From Lama guanicoe (Eukaryota), in the NCBI GenBank assembly GCA_013239625.1, contig MU054391.1, positions 6,283,824 to 6,347,823 on the forward strand: a stretch of DNA of 64,000 nt, written 5' to 3'. Both the position numbers and the translations under genes were made by a program. Positions 25,993 to 39,480 of this stretch are shown here, in pieces. The notes beneath the pieces are model-generated. The model saw only the letters and a program-made list of their open reading frames with translations. It made no database searches and was not told the origin of the DNA. Positions within the stretch are counted from its first letter, which is position 1. Each line of letters opens with the position of its first letter.

Positions 25993-28900
25993 AGGCGCTG
26001 GCTCCCCGTGTGCAGGCCGGGCTGGAGTGGAGGACAGGGAGGGAGATTCAAGTTGAGGCATGTGCAGGATGTGCAGATCTGGGTAGGGCTTCCAAACTTG
26101 GCAGCCGTGGAGGAAATGATTTTAATTCTTTTTAGACTCTCGTATCACCTAGACACTCAGCTGGGACTCTTGTTTCCTATTTCTAGACTTTTCCAAAGAG
26201 TTGTGATGGCAGAGACCTTCACAAACACACGTCCAGGGGAAGCAACCAGGAGGAACCGGGCTTCTCCGGGTCTGCTGGTCAATTCCCTCGGCTCCAACAC
26301 CCCTCGAGCGTTTTAACAGGAACACGGTGGCGGAGGCCAACCGCGGGCAGGAAGCTGTGGGGCCCGCAGAGCTGCTCTCTGGACTTGACCTCTGGCGACT
26401 AAACAACTGTAAACACGACCGGGAATCTGCAGATCGACTGATCATCCATCTGTCGGCACCTCCGAGCCCTCCTGCGTGGCTGGCAGAGGCGGCCTGAGCT
26501 AGAGCAGTAAGGCGGCTTCTGTCCCCCCAGGACCAGTTACTGTTCCCTTTCTCCTGGGCGTGTCCAGGCCCCTGACAGGGAAGGATGAGGACCAGGGTCC
26601 AGATGGAGCTCTGACTGCTCTCTCCTGGAATATCCGACTGGCTTCCTTCACCCACCACGTGGCTGGGAGGGCCCACCACCCAGGAGGCCACCCCGCAGGG
26701 TCCCTGAGTCAATCCCTGGAGCCAAAAGCCTTGAGTTCCTTCCACCTCAAAAAACCACGTATCATTTTGCCTAATCTCATGTTTTTGTTTTTGTAACACA
26801 ATCTTCTGGAACGGTTTGGGTTTACAGAAACATTGAGAAGGTGGTACAACGCGTCCCCAGGGACTCGCACCGGTTTCCACTATTATGAGAATCTGAGATT
26901 CGTGTGGCACATTTGCTACAGTTGATGAACCGATGCGGAAACATTTTCACTAACTTGAGTCCAGAGTCTACTCTGATTTTCTTGTTTTTTTACCTAATGT
27001 CCTATTTCTGCCCCAGAATCCCATCGAGGACCCCACACTACGTTTAGTCATCATGTCTCCTTAGGCTCTTCTTGGTCATGACAGTTTCTTGTGGATTTTT
27101 GTCTCCTTCCTTAGACTGAAAGCTCCTTAAGGGCAAAAAGCACCCCCAGCCCCCTGGCAGGGCCCCGGACCCGCTCTGCCCGGCGAGCACCCCACGGACA
27201 GTGGAGGCTGCAGCCCACGTGCCAGCTCGGAGCTACTTTCTCTCAGCAAACGTCCAAACACCATGAAGATCAAGCAATTAAAAACAGTGGTTGTCTCTGG
27301 AGAGACGGGGTTCTGGGGAATTTCACTTTCCTTTTTTTAAATTAATCAGCTTGTGTTTCTCTTCTAATAAGAGTTAGGTAAAATTGAGCTGCGAGGTGGG
27401 GCCTGATGGTTTAAGAGCACGGCCTTGGGGGATCCTCTCAGCGCCAGAGGTGGACCTCACTGCCCCCTGGACACGCCAAGAGGCTGCCGCCTGGAGATAC
27501 AGGGTGGCTACCTGGGATGACCAGTGGGTCCAAGATGGGCCCAGAGGACAGTGTCCTGGTTCCTTCCAGACCTTACCCACCCAAGATGCCAGAGAAGACG
27601 AGGGCTTCAAAGCCATTTGGTATAAATGGAATCCAACACATGCCCATGACCCCCAGCTTCCTCCTAAAGCCTTTTGGGCACCCGGGCCCTGCCTCTGAAA
27701 AGAACCATTGTTGGAATGAGCGTGGTCATGTGCTGACAGAGGAAATAGGGGCTCAATTTGGGCAAGTCATACTTGGGCTCAAGAAGCTGCCCGGTTGTAC
27801 TTCCTCCAGAATCGAGGTCCCCCCACCCAGTCCCCAGTGCTCCCAGGGAGCCCTCGGCACCTCCTGGCAGAGTTGCTGGCGGTCACTCATTCCCCGGGCC
27901 AGCCCTGTGCCGGGAGTTTCAGACCCACCTCCTCCCCCCAACCCCCCTGCCCTGTATTGCCCTGTTATGCTTTTCTTGGCTGAATTGTGTCCCCATGGAG
28001 GGAGAGACATGGTTTTATCTGTCTCTTATAAACCCCCTGCCTTCCCTCCACTGCCTGGGACAATGCAAGGTACATCCTAGGGGCTCAGAAAACATCTTGC
28101 TTGTAGGATTTGAAGAGAAAACTCATTGAACAAGTCTTTTCAAGTATAACTGACATAAACTCTGAAGCCCCACGTACTGTTTAGAGACCATGTTCTCATA
28201 AGGGAAGCTGGGAACACAGGCAGGTGAACCAAGTCAGGTGCCCAGGGCCTCATGGCCCCCAGCTTCGGGTGCCTCTCCTCCAGCCCCAGTCACTCCCACG
28301 CCCCACGCCCCCCGGCTGCCTCCTGCCATTCACTCTGCCCAGCAAAGGCCCTCGGGGAGAAATGGACACACAGTGAGGTGTTTCCAGCAGACATTCTGCA
28401 GCCGAGAAATGACAGAAATATTTTCTAAAAACTACTGAGCTGTAAGTCAGATTTCTGTATTGTGTGCTGTTATTTAAACCACAGATCAGCTTTTGGAAAA
28501 AGTCAAATATTTGACACCTAAGAGATTAGAATTTTGAAATCAGAGGGAGAAAGGACAGGGGTGAATGGGTGCAGGAGGATGTTTGAAATCACCCAATGCT
28601 TGGGGTTTATTCTCATCCAGGAAACTTCAGGAAAAGGACAGAAGGGACTTTTCCATTAGGAGTCTCAGTGATGTCCTGAGCAGGGAAGGGAGGCCACGGC
28701 AACCACCAGCCACATGAGTAAGGAGGCAGGAGAAACACGTGCAGGAAGTGTCTTCTGGCCTTTACCGGCAGAGTCCTTGGAGACAGCTCTCCCAAGATGG
28801 AAGTTGTCTGGCAGGTTGTATCAGGAAGAGGGAATGACCATCTGTTGGAGATTTGGCTCCACTTGGTGAAACAGTGGTGGTACAAATGGGGTCAGGCAGT

Positions 28901-31533
28901 GAGGGGCGGAACCTAGGACCCCACCGACTGCCTCCATGGTAACGAAGCCTGTGACCCAAGTGCGAGCCCATTTCACTGATGTAGGGCCTGGACCTCATTT
29001 GGGGCTGAGTTTCCATGGTAGTGCCACCTTGTCACACAGTCAGATGACTGTCCTGTGGGCAGAACCAGCTGGAAGGATGTTCCTGTAGTGTCGCACCTAC
29101 AGCCAAGTTGGCTTCATGCTGGGCCAAATGTGTTGGCGAGACTGGGCGGGGAAGAGGAGGGGATGCTGAACAACCTACCATTTTCTAGACACTGTCTGGT
29201 TCTTTGCACACTTTACCTCCCGAAATGCTCCCACAGCCTCGTGAGGTAGAAGTACTTATGCCCTTGTGACAGAGAATTCCAGGAAGTTTCCAAGTTTCCA
29301 AGTTTCCAGGTGTGGTAAATGGCAAACACGGCCGTTTTCGTCTGAACCTGGTCCCTGGAGTTCTGCAGGTGGGAGGCCCGGCGGGGGCGTGGCCCATAGC
29401 AGAGAGGTAGTTGCTATGGGTACCAGTAACCAGGAGGAACTCTCGACCCACACGACTGACAACGCTCACAGAGGTACAGGCCAGCCCGACGGCCTTTGGG
29501 AGGGCACTCTCAGCCCATGACCCTGGCCTTGCCCGATGTCACTGTTGTCACCAGAAGATGCTGCAGCACCCAGAACAGGCGAGAGGCATGCCGTGTGTTC
29601 TGTTCCAGCCCCCTTACCCTTTATCAGCATCAGCTGTGACGGGGCTGCTGGGGGCCGACACAGCCCGTCCCCCAGAGATGGCCGGGGCTGGAAGAGTGAA
29701 TTGGGGGGTTAAGGGTAAAGACGATGGATGGCCCTGGGAATGAAGAGCTAAGATTTGGAAATTAATAATAAGAGACAGGAAGAACGGAGAGTGAGGAGAC
29801 TCGCACAGAACCCTTAGATGGCGAGGCCCCTGTGGACTCCCCGGGCTGAGGGTGAGCGGGTGGGTCGCAGTCCCCAAACCTGAGTTTCTCCGTGTAACAT
29901 CGTGTGGCGCCTGACACTCAGCTCTCCATGAAGAAAGGAGACCATGCTGGTTCTCCTTCCTGTGGGCTGTACTTGACCACGTGAGAGGCAATGACCCTAC
30001 CTGCTAGGCCAAACCCTGAAGGAAATTAACTATTTTCCAGCAGTCATTTCTTAACGCCCCATCCCCCCCTCTGGCAGGAGGATTGCCCTCATGGGTGAAG
30101 AGAGGCCCACAGGTCTGGACCTGCCTCCCATTTCCGAGAGCTGCCATGGCCGCCTGGCCCTGCCAGCCAGGAGCTCTGTGGGGGTGGGGGGCTCCTTCCA
30201 CGTGTCCGCCTCCACGTCCTGCGTTTGTCGGTTGCTCCTGCTCATCACACCTTCTTGCCACTTGCTGCTTCTCATCTGCAAGAACCCTCTGCTGGGAAGC
30301 CCTCCTGGTTTCCAATGGCCACAGTCAGTTCTGTCCCCCTTGCCCATCCAGTTCAGCCCAGTCCGTCCCAGCCCTGGGGCCGAACCCCCAATCCAGTCTG
30401 GGCAAGGGCTGGCCCCTTAGCCTGTGGCCTTCAAGGCCTGGCTCTGCCGCTTACCAGCCAGGGCTCTGTCCCCACTAGAACATCAGTTTTCCTACCATAG
30501 TCACCCTCCAGCCTGGTGTCTGGGCTCCATAAGGCAACCTCCCAGCACAGATTTGAGCCCCGCACCCAGCCTACACGGGTGCCCGCTCTATGTCACTCCC
30601 TCCTGTCTTTCCTTCATGCACCTCTGCCAGCTTCTTTATTTTCTCTTCAAAGCCTGATTCTCCCAAACCCATTCCTTTCTGACAATTTGTGGTGTGTCCC
30701 TAAGGGCTTGCATTTTTCCAAGCAGTTTGTTCGGAGTGTGGGTGGAGCGTCTTGGCTCTTGGTACGATCTGTAGCCCCAGGTTCCGCTGCGTGCAGAGCA
30801 CCCCCTGGGGATTCTGGATTCCCCTCTCCTGGTGAGATGGCTGGGGTGGGGGGAGGTTAATTGGCCACACACTCTGAGCTCCAAGCCTGGCTGGGTTCCT
30901 GACAGCCCTGAGGCCGGGCATGCAGCCCCTGTCTGTCGGTCTGTCAGTCTGTCAGTCAGAGAGGGTGGGTGTAGCAGCGGCGAACACGCCTTGGGTCGGG
31001 CCCTCTGAACAGAAACAGTCCTGTGATTTCAAGTCCAGGAGCACAGAGACCTGCCGAGTCAGCAGGGAGGACTTCTGGTCTTGGAGAAGATTTGCTTTCT
31101 CACTCGAAGTTCATGGACAGACAGCACATTTTTTGTTCCAGGAGAGAGGAAAAACCCAGCCAACACTGGGTTCTTCGAGCTGGGACACACCTTGGCCCTC
31201 TGCTCACCTCAGACCCAACCTCATCATTTTCCTCATTGCTAATGACTCAAGTTGTGTTCTCTGCCAGCCTCCTTAACCTTTTTAGCCTCATCTTCCAATC
31301 TGAATTTGTAGTATTTTCTTCACGCCTGCTCCCAAGCCTCCTGGCTGTTCCCAAACCTTTGCTGATGCCTTGAAATAACACCCGGTTTCTGTTCCGCGTT
31401 TGGCTGAAACCAGCGAGTCTTCCCCGTGTCCACCTGTTCACTGACCTTTGATTCATTCAGCAAGGCTGAGCCAGCAACTCGGGGTGTGTGGGGTTCCAAG
31501 CCTTGCATACAGTAAGTGGGTGGCAAACATCAG

Positions 31534-32066
31534 TGTGACAGTTAATTTCATGTGTCAACTCGGCTGGGCCATAGGGTGGCCCAGCACTTGGCCAGACATT
31601 ATCTCCAATGTGCCTGTGGGGGTGTCTCTGGATGAGATAAGCATTCTAACGGGTGGACTGAGCAAAGCAGAGGGCCCTCCCCAGTGTGAATGGCCCCATC
31701 TGGTCTGCTGAAGACCTGAATAGAACAAGACGGCAGAACTAGAGGGAACTTTTCCTGCTCGACTGGGAGCTGGGACATTGGTCTTTTCTGGCCTCCGGAC
31801 TCAGGCTGAAAACTCGGCTCTTGGTCTGCAGCCTGCTGGCTTCCGTCTGGGACACCACCTTCCACTCTCCCGGCTCTCAGGCCTCCAGGCTCAGACTGGA
31901 ACTACACCCTAGTTTGGGTCCCCTGGGTTTCCAGCTTGCTGACTGCACGTCTTGGCACTTGCCAGCCTCTGTAATCATGTGGGCCAATTCCTTATAGTAA
32001 ATCTCTTCATACACATATAAAATCTCCTGTAGGTTCTGTTTTCTCTGGGGAACCCTGATTAATACA
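31534..32066. mobile_element. MLT2 (ERVL) solo LTR
   Basis: tgtgacagttaatttcatgtgtcaactcggctgggcc ... ggttctgttttctctggggaaccctgattaataca. Confidence 0.85.
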
Positions 32067-35000
32067 ATTCCATGTTTTTAACGGTGTGATGATATCTCCA
32101 TTCTACGCAGCCAGCAAACACTCAGAGCCTATGGAGTGCCAGGCGCTGTGAATTCACTAACTCAACATCATTTATTACGTGTGCAGAAGAAATAATCACG
32201 CAGTCCGTGCCACAGTGGCATTCAAGACACAGAAGTTAACAGTTTCAGTGATGGCTGGCTGTCAGTGGAAGACCATCAGTGGGGAGCTATTTGGTTCTTA
32301 ATTACAATAGAAACCAGGAAAATAAAGTTTACTTATTGTAAGATTTACAGCTGCACTTTTTTTGTGTGTGTTTTTCAAACAAACCTGTTGTCATGGTAAC
32401 CCTCTTAAAACAAGATGCGACCTGGTTTAAAGAACCTGAGAGCTAATTACAATAGTGCTTTATATTTAGTTACGCCTTTCTTCTGAGGAGTTTAATGGAC
32501 CTCATTCATTAAGCTCCATCCTCTGAAGTCTTTAGGGGACAGATACTATTAAACCCATTTTATAGATGTAGACACCAAGGCACGGATGGGTTAAGTGACT
32601 TGGCTACTGACTGGTAGCTTAACCACGAGCAAGTCTGAGCCAAACCCAGGGCTCCTCTTGTTTCCTTGTTTTCTCTGCTCATTAGACTCCATTCTGGGTT
32701 TTGAAAGCCCTTCATCATGAAAGGCTCAGAGTTTCCCACAGCATGGCTGGGGGACCCCAGACTCTTGCTGCCTTTCCTGTGCAGAAAAAGCGGCCTGGCC
32801 TGGAGGATCAGGACCGGTGGGAGGGAAGGAGGAGGCGGGGCCGTCGGGGGTCTGAGGTCAGGAAGTGCTGCTCCACCAGCACCTTGCAGCTGGGGCTCAG
32901 TCTGCAGAGCCAACATCTACGGGCCGGGGCGGTTTCCACAGACCCATCCAGCTGCTCCTGCCTCAATCACGAAAGTCCAAAACTCCGTGCCAGACACAGA
33001 GGCCAACAGGTTCTTCCTTGAACATCCAGGCAAAACCCTGTCCTGGGGCCTCTGCTCAGTGGCTCTCAAAGCCGGGCCTAGGTCAGCAGCAGCAACAGCT
33101 GTGATTCGAGAAGCACTAAGTTTCTGGCCCCATTTCAGACCCACTAAATCAGGAACTCTGTTTTACAAGCTCTCTGACGGCTTCTTCAGTATCTCTGCCT
33201 AGAATGTTCCTCCCCCAGACACCCTGGCCAGTGTCCCTTCCCACCTTCAAGCCTTGCTCCACTCTCACCTTCTCAGCCAGGCCCACCCTGGCGTAGCCTA
33301 GTTAACTCAGTAACGGGTCCCATCTGGGCCTCCCACCTCCGCTTCCCCAGCCTGCACGGTGCTCATCACTACTACTATTATGAGAGGTTGTCCGTCCTCC
33401 CATGGAGATGTGAGCTCCAGGGGAACAGAGCCCTTTGCTTGGTCATCTGCACAGAGAGATCAACAGATACTGATACGAACCATGATTTTGACTCAGGTTA
33501 TTGGAGAGTGAGCGGGAGGAGGGACAAGTCTTTGGGTGGGTGGGGCAAGGGGCCAACGCATTGTGTTTCGGGCATGTTGACTTGAGGTGCTGGAGGGCAC
33601 ACAGATGAGAGGTCGGAGGCCGTGTGGTAGGAGAGGTGGTCCTGTGAGAGGAAGAGGGAATCCCAGGGCACATCCCCACCTGTGTGGGTGGGGGAGGATG
33701 AGCCAAGGGCGAGACAGTGCCCAGCATGCAAAGGAGCCCTGCAGTGTGGGAGGAGCAGGTCTCAGACCCAGCAAAACTGGGAGATGAGCTTTCCTCATCT
33801 AAGAGCTTCAGTTCTTGAGTGGACAGAGCAGGGATGGTGCTGAGGGAGCGGAAGCAGGGCGACGGGGCGACGGGCCGACGGGAGGCTTGCCCCTGGGGAA
33901 CCTGGGAGGCAGACCCAGCAGGGGTGGGAGGGGGAGGGGAGGAGGAGGAAGGAGGTTTCAAGTTCCCCAGTTTTAACTCACAACTGGAGCGTCTGACATG
34001 GGAGGAGGGCCGTTTGTCAGCCGGGTGTTAGCAGAAACTGGACGGTGAGTTCAAAGGGACACAACAGGGGAAATCCAATCAGGCCAGCTGAACTTGAAGG
34101 TCCTGAGAGTCTGGAATTCATGATGCTGTCCTGAATCGGAAAGAAACTCAAGGCTACTAGAAAAACACAGTTGGCCTCCCTCCCACCCGACAGGAAAGCA
34201 TTTGGCCCTGCAACTTTGAAGTTCCATCTGGGTTTACAAAATCGTCACAGAGTCTGGAACCCAGCACCGGCAGAGAGTAACAACTTCCTCCCCAATTAAA
34301 ACGCGTGTGTGCGGCTCAGTAGGCAGGAAGACAGGGAGCATGTGGCTGGTGTCCAGCCCGGAGCTGGGCAGCAGGACGCCACACAGACACTTGGCTCTAG
34401 GCCATCGCATCTTCAAGCACAAGGACAGAACTTTGGTTAATACACTGCCATTCACCCAGGATGTGCTCGTGATGGTTAACGTGTTTTGAGTAGGAGGCAG
34501 CACCCCAATTCCCCCAAAGAAGTGTTCAAATGTAACTGGTAGGCCTTTTTATTGCACTAATTTTGGAAAATTTATGAGAATAAAAAAATGAATTTCAAGA
34601 ATAAAAATTATGAGGACTGGAATTTCTTTTCCCTACATGTTCCCTAAATCAAGCTGCTATATAGGCCTAAATGTAAGGAAGCGCCAAATATAAGGCAATT
34701 CCGTATTTTCCTGAGGAGAAAACAATTTTATGCCAATTTGGATAGGGATGTCAAAGAAATAATCAAGTATCTTCTTATAATATTTATTTACATGTATACT
34801 TTTTCTAATACTTTGCTGCCCTCTTTCAAAGTTTTTAGTAGAATTCAGTCACTTCAAGACCCAGCACATTAATTTGCTTTGGACTTTTCTTGGACTAAAA
34901 GACATTATTTTTAGTATTCTCAACGCAAAAGAGACAAGTTTTGCATCGAACAAGAAACATGGAGACAGGTCTTTTACAAAGGGTAGAAGAGTTATGTAAC

Positions 35001-36156
35001 TGTCATCATCTATATTTCCTTAAAAATAATGACAGCATAAACTGCAGGATTTTGTTTCAACTTCATGGCTGGCTACACAAGTAACGTGAGGTTTAAAAAC
35101 CATTTCAAAACCAAAATCAATCAAATAAAACACCCAGATTTTTAATGCATTGAAAGTTCACCTAAGAATCACAAAATCTTAAAAAATTTTCTTATAAAAA
35201 CCCACTAACACTGTCCTATAAAATCTATTTTGCATTTAATTTATACTGAACATAGAACTTTGGGGGAAAAAAGCAGTTAAAATACTCATCTAGTGTGTTC
35301 ATTCAAAAAATTCACACAGAAGCTCCAGCAAAACGTCTCACTACACAACTTATCACTATTAGAAGTCATAGCAACAATTATAGGTTTGGGGGACAAATTT
35401 TAGGCGCTTTGCCACATGCTCCTGGAGCCTAATGACACAACTCACCTGTCAGGGTAGGTGGCGGTTTCCAGCTCAGGGATGGAGCCATCGTTAGAGGGGT
35501 CGTGAAATCAATTTAACAGGCGTGAACTTATTTTGGGGAGGAGAGTGGGGGTAAAGGAACTGTAATAGGATAGAACAGAAAAACACCAGCCTGCTTTAAA
35601 TGCTGAGGGGTACGCGTGGTAACACTTTTGATACACACGTGTCCTGGGTCGCCCTGTCAAATGTGTTTCTTACTGTGGAACAGAGGAAAAAAGCATCCGA
35701 AAAATACTGAGGTAGAATTTTGGAAACTCAGAGAGGCAATAAAATCAGAAGAAAAGCAAAGGCAGAACCCAGGCTTCTCAACTCGGTGTCCTGTGTTTCA
35801 TTACTCTGGGTGCTCTCCGAAGACGATCCCGGGGTAGGAGGCAGAGAAAGGAACTGGGTGGATGGTTCCTGGGGATTAAGACGCTCACCTGGAACAAGGG
35901 CTCTGCACCAAGCGGGTGCTCGGTGCGGAAGCACAGCAGCTCAGGACGAGGTGAGCGGGGAAAGCAGCTCGCCTCGGCCCGAATCTGGCCTCTCCAGTGA
36001 GAAAAAAGCTCTGCATCCATCTGCTTCTCTGTCGCCTGCCTGCCTGAACTGCCTGGTCCTCTGCCTCCTCGCGTGTCTGTGTGAGGTCAGAGCTCTAAAA
36101 CCCGTTCCCTCTGAAGCTAGCGTGCTGGAGCTAAAAAATGTCCAAGAAGTCTTTCT

Positions 36157-36332
36157 AGGGTTGCCCAATCTAACAAATGAAAATATAGTCATCCATTACC
36201 TTTGGATTTCAGATAAGTGAGTTTTTAATGTTAAGTATGTCCCATGTAATATTTGGGATGTATCTATATGTATCTATACTAATAAGTCATTTGTCTGAAA
36301 TTCAAATGTAACTGGGTGCCCTGTACTTGATC
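36157..36332. mobile_element. MER53-like hAT MITE (partly palindromic)
   Basis: agggttgcc...atttcagataag...tgtctgaaattcaaatgtaactgggtgccctgta. Confidence 0.7.
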
Positions 36333-36815
36333 TGTAATCCTCCTTGACACCCCTGCCACTAAAAAGATGGCGCCTAGTTCCTCTTTCACCGTGTGTGACT
36401 GTACTTAGCGACCCACTTGTAACAAACCAGAGACAGTGTAAGCGATGATACCAGGTCATGAAAAGCACTGTGGCTGCTATCGTGGTCTTTTGCTCTCTGG
36501 GAGCCTTTGCTCTGGGGGAAGGGAGGACACTCAAGCAGAGGCTTATGGAGAGGCCCGTGTGGCATGGGACTGAAGCCTCCTGTCCACAGCTGTGGGCGTG
36601 AGCTTGGAAGGGGGAGCCTCTGGCCCCAGTCAAGCCTTTAGATGACTGTAGCCTTGGCTGGTGTCTTGATCATACCTTCATGAAAGGCCAGGAGTCAGAA
36701 CCACCCAGCAAAGCCGCTCCTGAATTCCCGATCCACTGAAGCTGTTAGGTAACTGTTATCTTAAGCCACTATGTTTGCGGGTAATTCGTTACGCAGCAGC
36801 AGCAACAACTGCCAC
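36333..36815. mobile_element. MLT1E/F-like MaLR LTR
   Basis: gtggcatgggactgaagcctcc...ccccagtcaagcctttagatgactgtagcc...aagccactatgtttgcgggtaattcgttacgcagca. Confidence 0.75.
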
Positions 36816-38659
36816 ACTCACTCACCAGTGTCACTCCAATACTGTCCCCTGTCTGACATCACTTTTTCCTTTTCCTGGACTATTCCTAGCAGCACGCAGT
36901 CATGCTGGAATTTCTCCCACTTTAAAGAAACCTCTCTTCTTCTGGTAGTTGTGGGGGGGGAATTTCAATTCTTTAACAGTTGGGGAAAAAGAAATTTAGG
37001 CATGAGGACGGGGGAACCAGAGAATGATGGGGCCTGGTGCAGGATTAGAGAAGTCATCGCTCAGTAACGCCCAGGATGGTCCTGCCATAAAACCCAAGCC
37101 CATCTTTAGGTGGTGCCTCTCCTACCTGCATCTTGTGGTGGAGACCTGGGAGAAGCACTGCCCCGACCCAGGGCTGGTGAGGAAGATGTTGGAAAAACAG
37201 CAAAGTTACGGAGCATGAAACTCGTGTAACATTTTAAAACAGAAGACTTCAAAGAAACATGGGGGTCACAGCAGGTACTCCAGGAGTCTCCATCCTGGAG
37301 AGGCGGGGCTGTTCAAGGGATCAGCAGGGGGACAGTGGGGGCTGGAGGATGTATCCTGTGACTGTCTCTTCAAGGTTTTCTTGAATGTCTGTCACAGCTT
37401 CAGCTTAGGCCCCTCCATTTGCCCCTTCAGGAAGCCCCTGGAACAAAAGCTGAGGGCACCTCGCTCCGGGAAAACCTTGATATTAAAGACTATAAAGATC
37501 ACGCTGAGTTCAGCAAGGTATGTGCAGAGGGGAGCGGAGGGTGACTGATGAGCGAGATGCTTTACCGGGCACTCCCGGGTCCCACACTGTGTGAGAGGCT
37601 CACTACGGATGAACCCCATTTACTCCTCACCTAAATGAAGTGTCAGGCTCACTGACAGGAGGATATGAGACTCAGAGAGGTTAAATGGTCAGTGGTTACG
37701 GAACTGGTGGGCAACAGGGCTGGGATCCCACCCCGGGTCAGGCTGGCCCCACTGCCAGCGTCCCAAGTGTCCAGAGTGGATCCACCCTCCCAGACCTGGG
37801 ACGCTCCAATGCCCAGACTCAGATGAGCCCTAGGCAGTGAGCCCCCTCTGTCAGCGGCCGCCACTGCACCTGGAATTTCACACGGGGTGCACTGAGTCCC
37901 CACACCACAGGGAGGACCCCAAAGAAAGAGGGAAAAAAGGGGTCTGGGAAGGCCAGGTAGAGGTGTGGGAGAGCCTGACCCCCAGGCCTGGAGCACAACC
38001 CTCAACCCCTAGGGAAGAACTCCAGCTGGCAGCGTCCTCCTTTAACTTCTCACACTCTCAGCCTGAACAGAGCAGCTGGGAAACAGAGAAGAAAGTCACA
38101 AGAAAGGTCCATGAACAGATTAGGGGATAAGCTGAGAAAGCAAAGTTCCAGGAAATGAAACAGGTGGGGGGTGGGGCTGGTACCACGACACAGGTTGGGT
38201 TGGCTGCCCAGGTAACAAGAGCCTCTTCCTGGTGACAGTGTCTGTACGTACACACACACACACAATTTTTTTCTGGAAACACACTCTGCCTCTCAGACCA
38301 GAGGTAGCAATACGACCCACACTGTTGCCTGCTGCGGGGAGCAGGCCAGTCTGCACACAAGCAGAGGCAGAAGGGGGACCTGAAGAGACAAGGAACAATG
38401 TAGAAACAGGAGGGAGAAAACAAAGAAGGGAGGGCCTGCCTGATCTGGAAGGCCTGCATCCGGCTGCCCGCGGCACTGACAGGGTCTACAGCCCGTTTAT
38501 GTTAATTCACACATCTGCCTGTTTGCTCACAGCATCTCAAGTTCATCTACCATCCAGTTGTATATGAAGAAATGCACCTCCAAAATCACACTCACACCTA
38601 CAAAACTAAGAAAACCAAAGTTAATTTTCAAATTAACTTAATGAATGGGTCTCTCTCCA

Positions 38660-39360
38660 AAAAGCTGTTCAAAAGAAAGCATTTATTTTTATAAATGTTT
38701 TTTCCACCAGTATATCTCCAATTGTGCTTAAGAAAGATTAAAAAAAAATCTGCATTTAATCTTGTGAAAAGTTAAAAGAATACCCAGTAGCTTCTACTTC
38801 TTGTTTCCGATTGTATTGCCATTAATTTATATTGTCTTGGTATAAAAATAAATTTTTTTTAAATCCCAAACTAACACATAAATAAGCAACACTCCTGCCT
38901 GCATATACTTACAAACACACATGACCGATGCCCACGGGAAGGTACGACAGGAACGCATTTCTGGGCAGTCTGTGATGACAGCAGGCAGTGCAAGAAAGAC
39001 AGTTCCAAGAAGACGATCCGTCCTGGCTTTTAGCACAGGATAACCTTTCATTTCATGGTGCGCATTTCACAACGTTAAAAAACAACCTGCTTTACTTGAT
39101 TAAAACCAGGGGGAAAGAATAATGTCCGCAGGAGCGACAATGTGCAGAAGTTCTCTGGGGGCACCGTGCGGGCCAGGGGACCAGCCTGATGGTCTGACCT
39201 GGGGTCGGGGCCAGGTACCAGCTCTCCACCCCTGTAGGCACAGCCAGGATTTATGTGGAACTTCAGAAACGTGCGCCCCCGTTTGTGTTTGATACACTTC
39301 AATGATCATCAGCGGGGGAGACGTGCTCCCTCTGAACCGTGTGGAGGACCATTTCCAGAT
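38660..39360 (-). other. NOL10: NOL10 3'UTR (3' end approximate)
   Basis: Follows the stop codon and becomes AU-rich toward a minus-strand AATAAA. Confidence 0.65.
38682..38687 (-). terminator. Candidate NOL10 polyadenylation signal AATAAA
   Basis: tttatt on the + strand, followed on the minus strand by U/GU-rich sequence (ttggttttcttagttttgtaggtgtgagtgtg). Confidence 0.65.
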
Positions 39361-39480
39361 TCAGTGGAACGGCCGTCCTCTCCGGGACCTTGACTTCAGG
39401 TGACCGGCTGAACGACGGAGTGTCTTCCTCTCTTGTCGGTGCAGTTTCTCAGCCTCCTGCTGCTTCTTCTGCTGTTCAGA
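39361..39480 (-). CDS. NOL10: NOL10 terminal coding exon, SEQQKKQQEAEKLHRQERKTLRRSAGHLKSRSRRGRPFH*
   Basis: tctcttttag|TCTGAACAG...TTCCACTGA; basic C-terminus matching the recalled NOL10 end; TGA at 39363-39361. Confidence 0.95.
   Translation of the reverse strand, partial: SEQQKKQQEAEKLHRQERKTLRRSAGHLKSRSRRGRPFH

Noticed and set aside
26149..26910. 253-aa minus-strand ORF
   Set aside because: Begins in an old L1-like fragment; no recognisable motif or exon structure.
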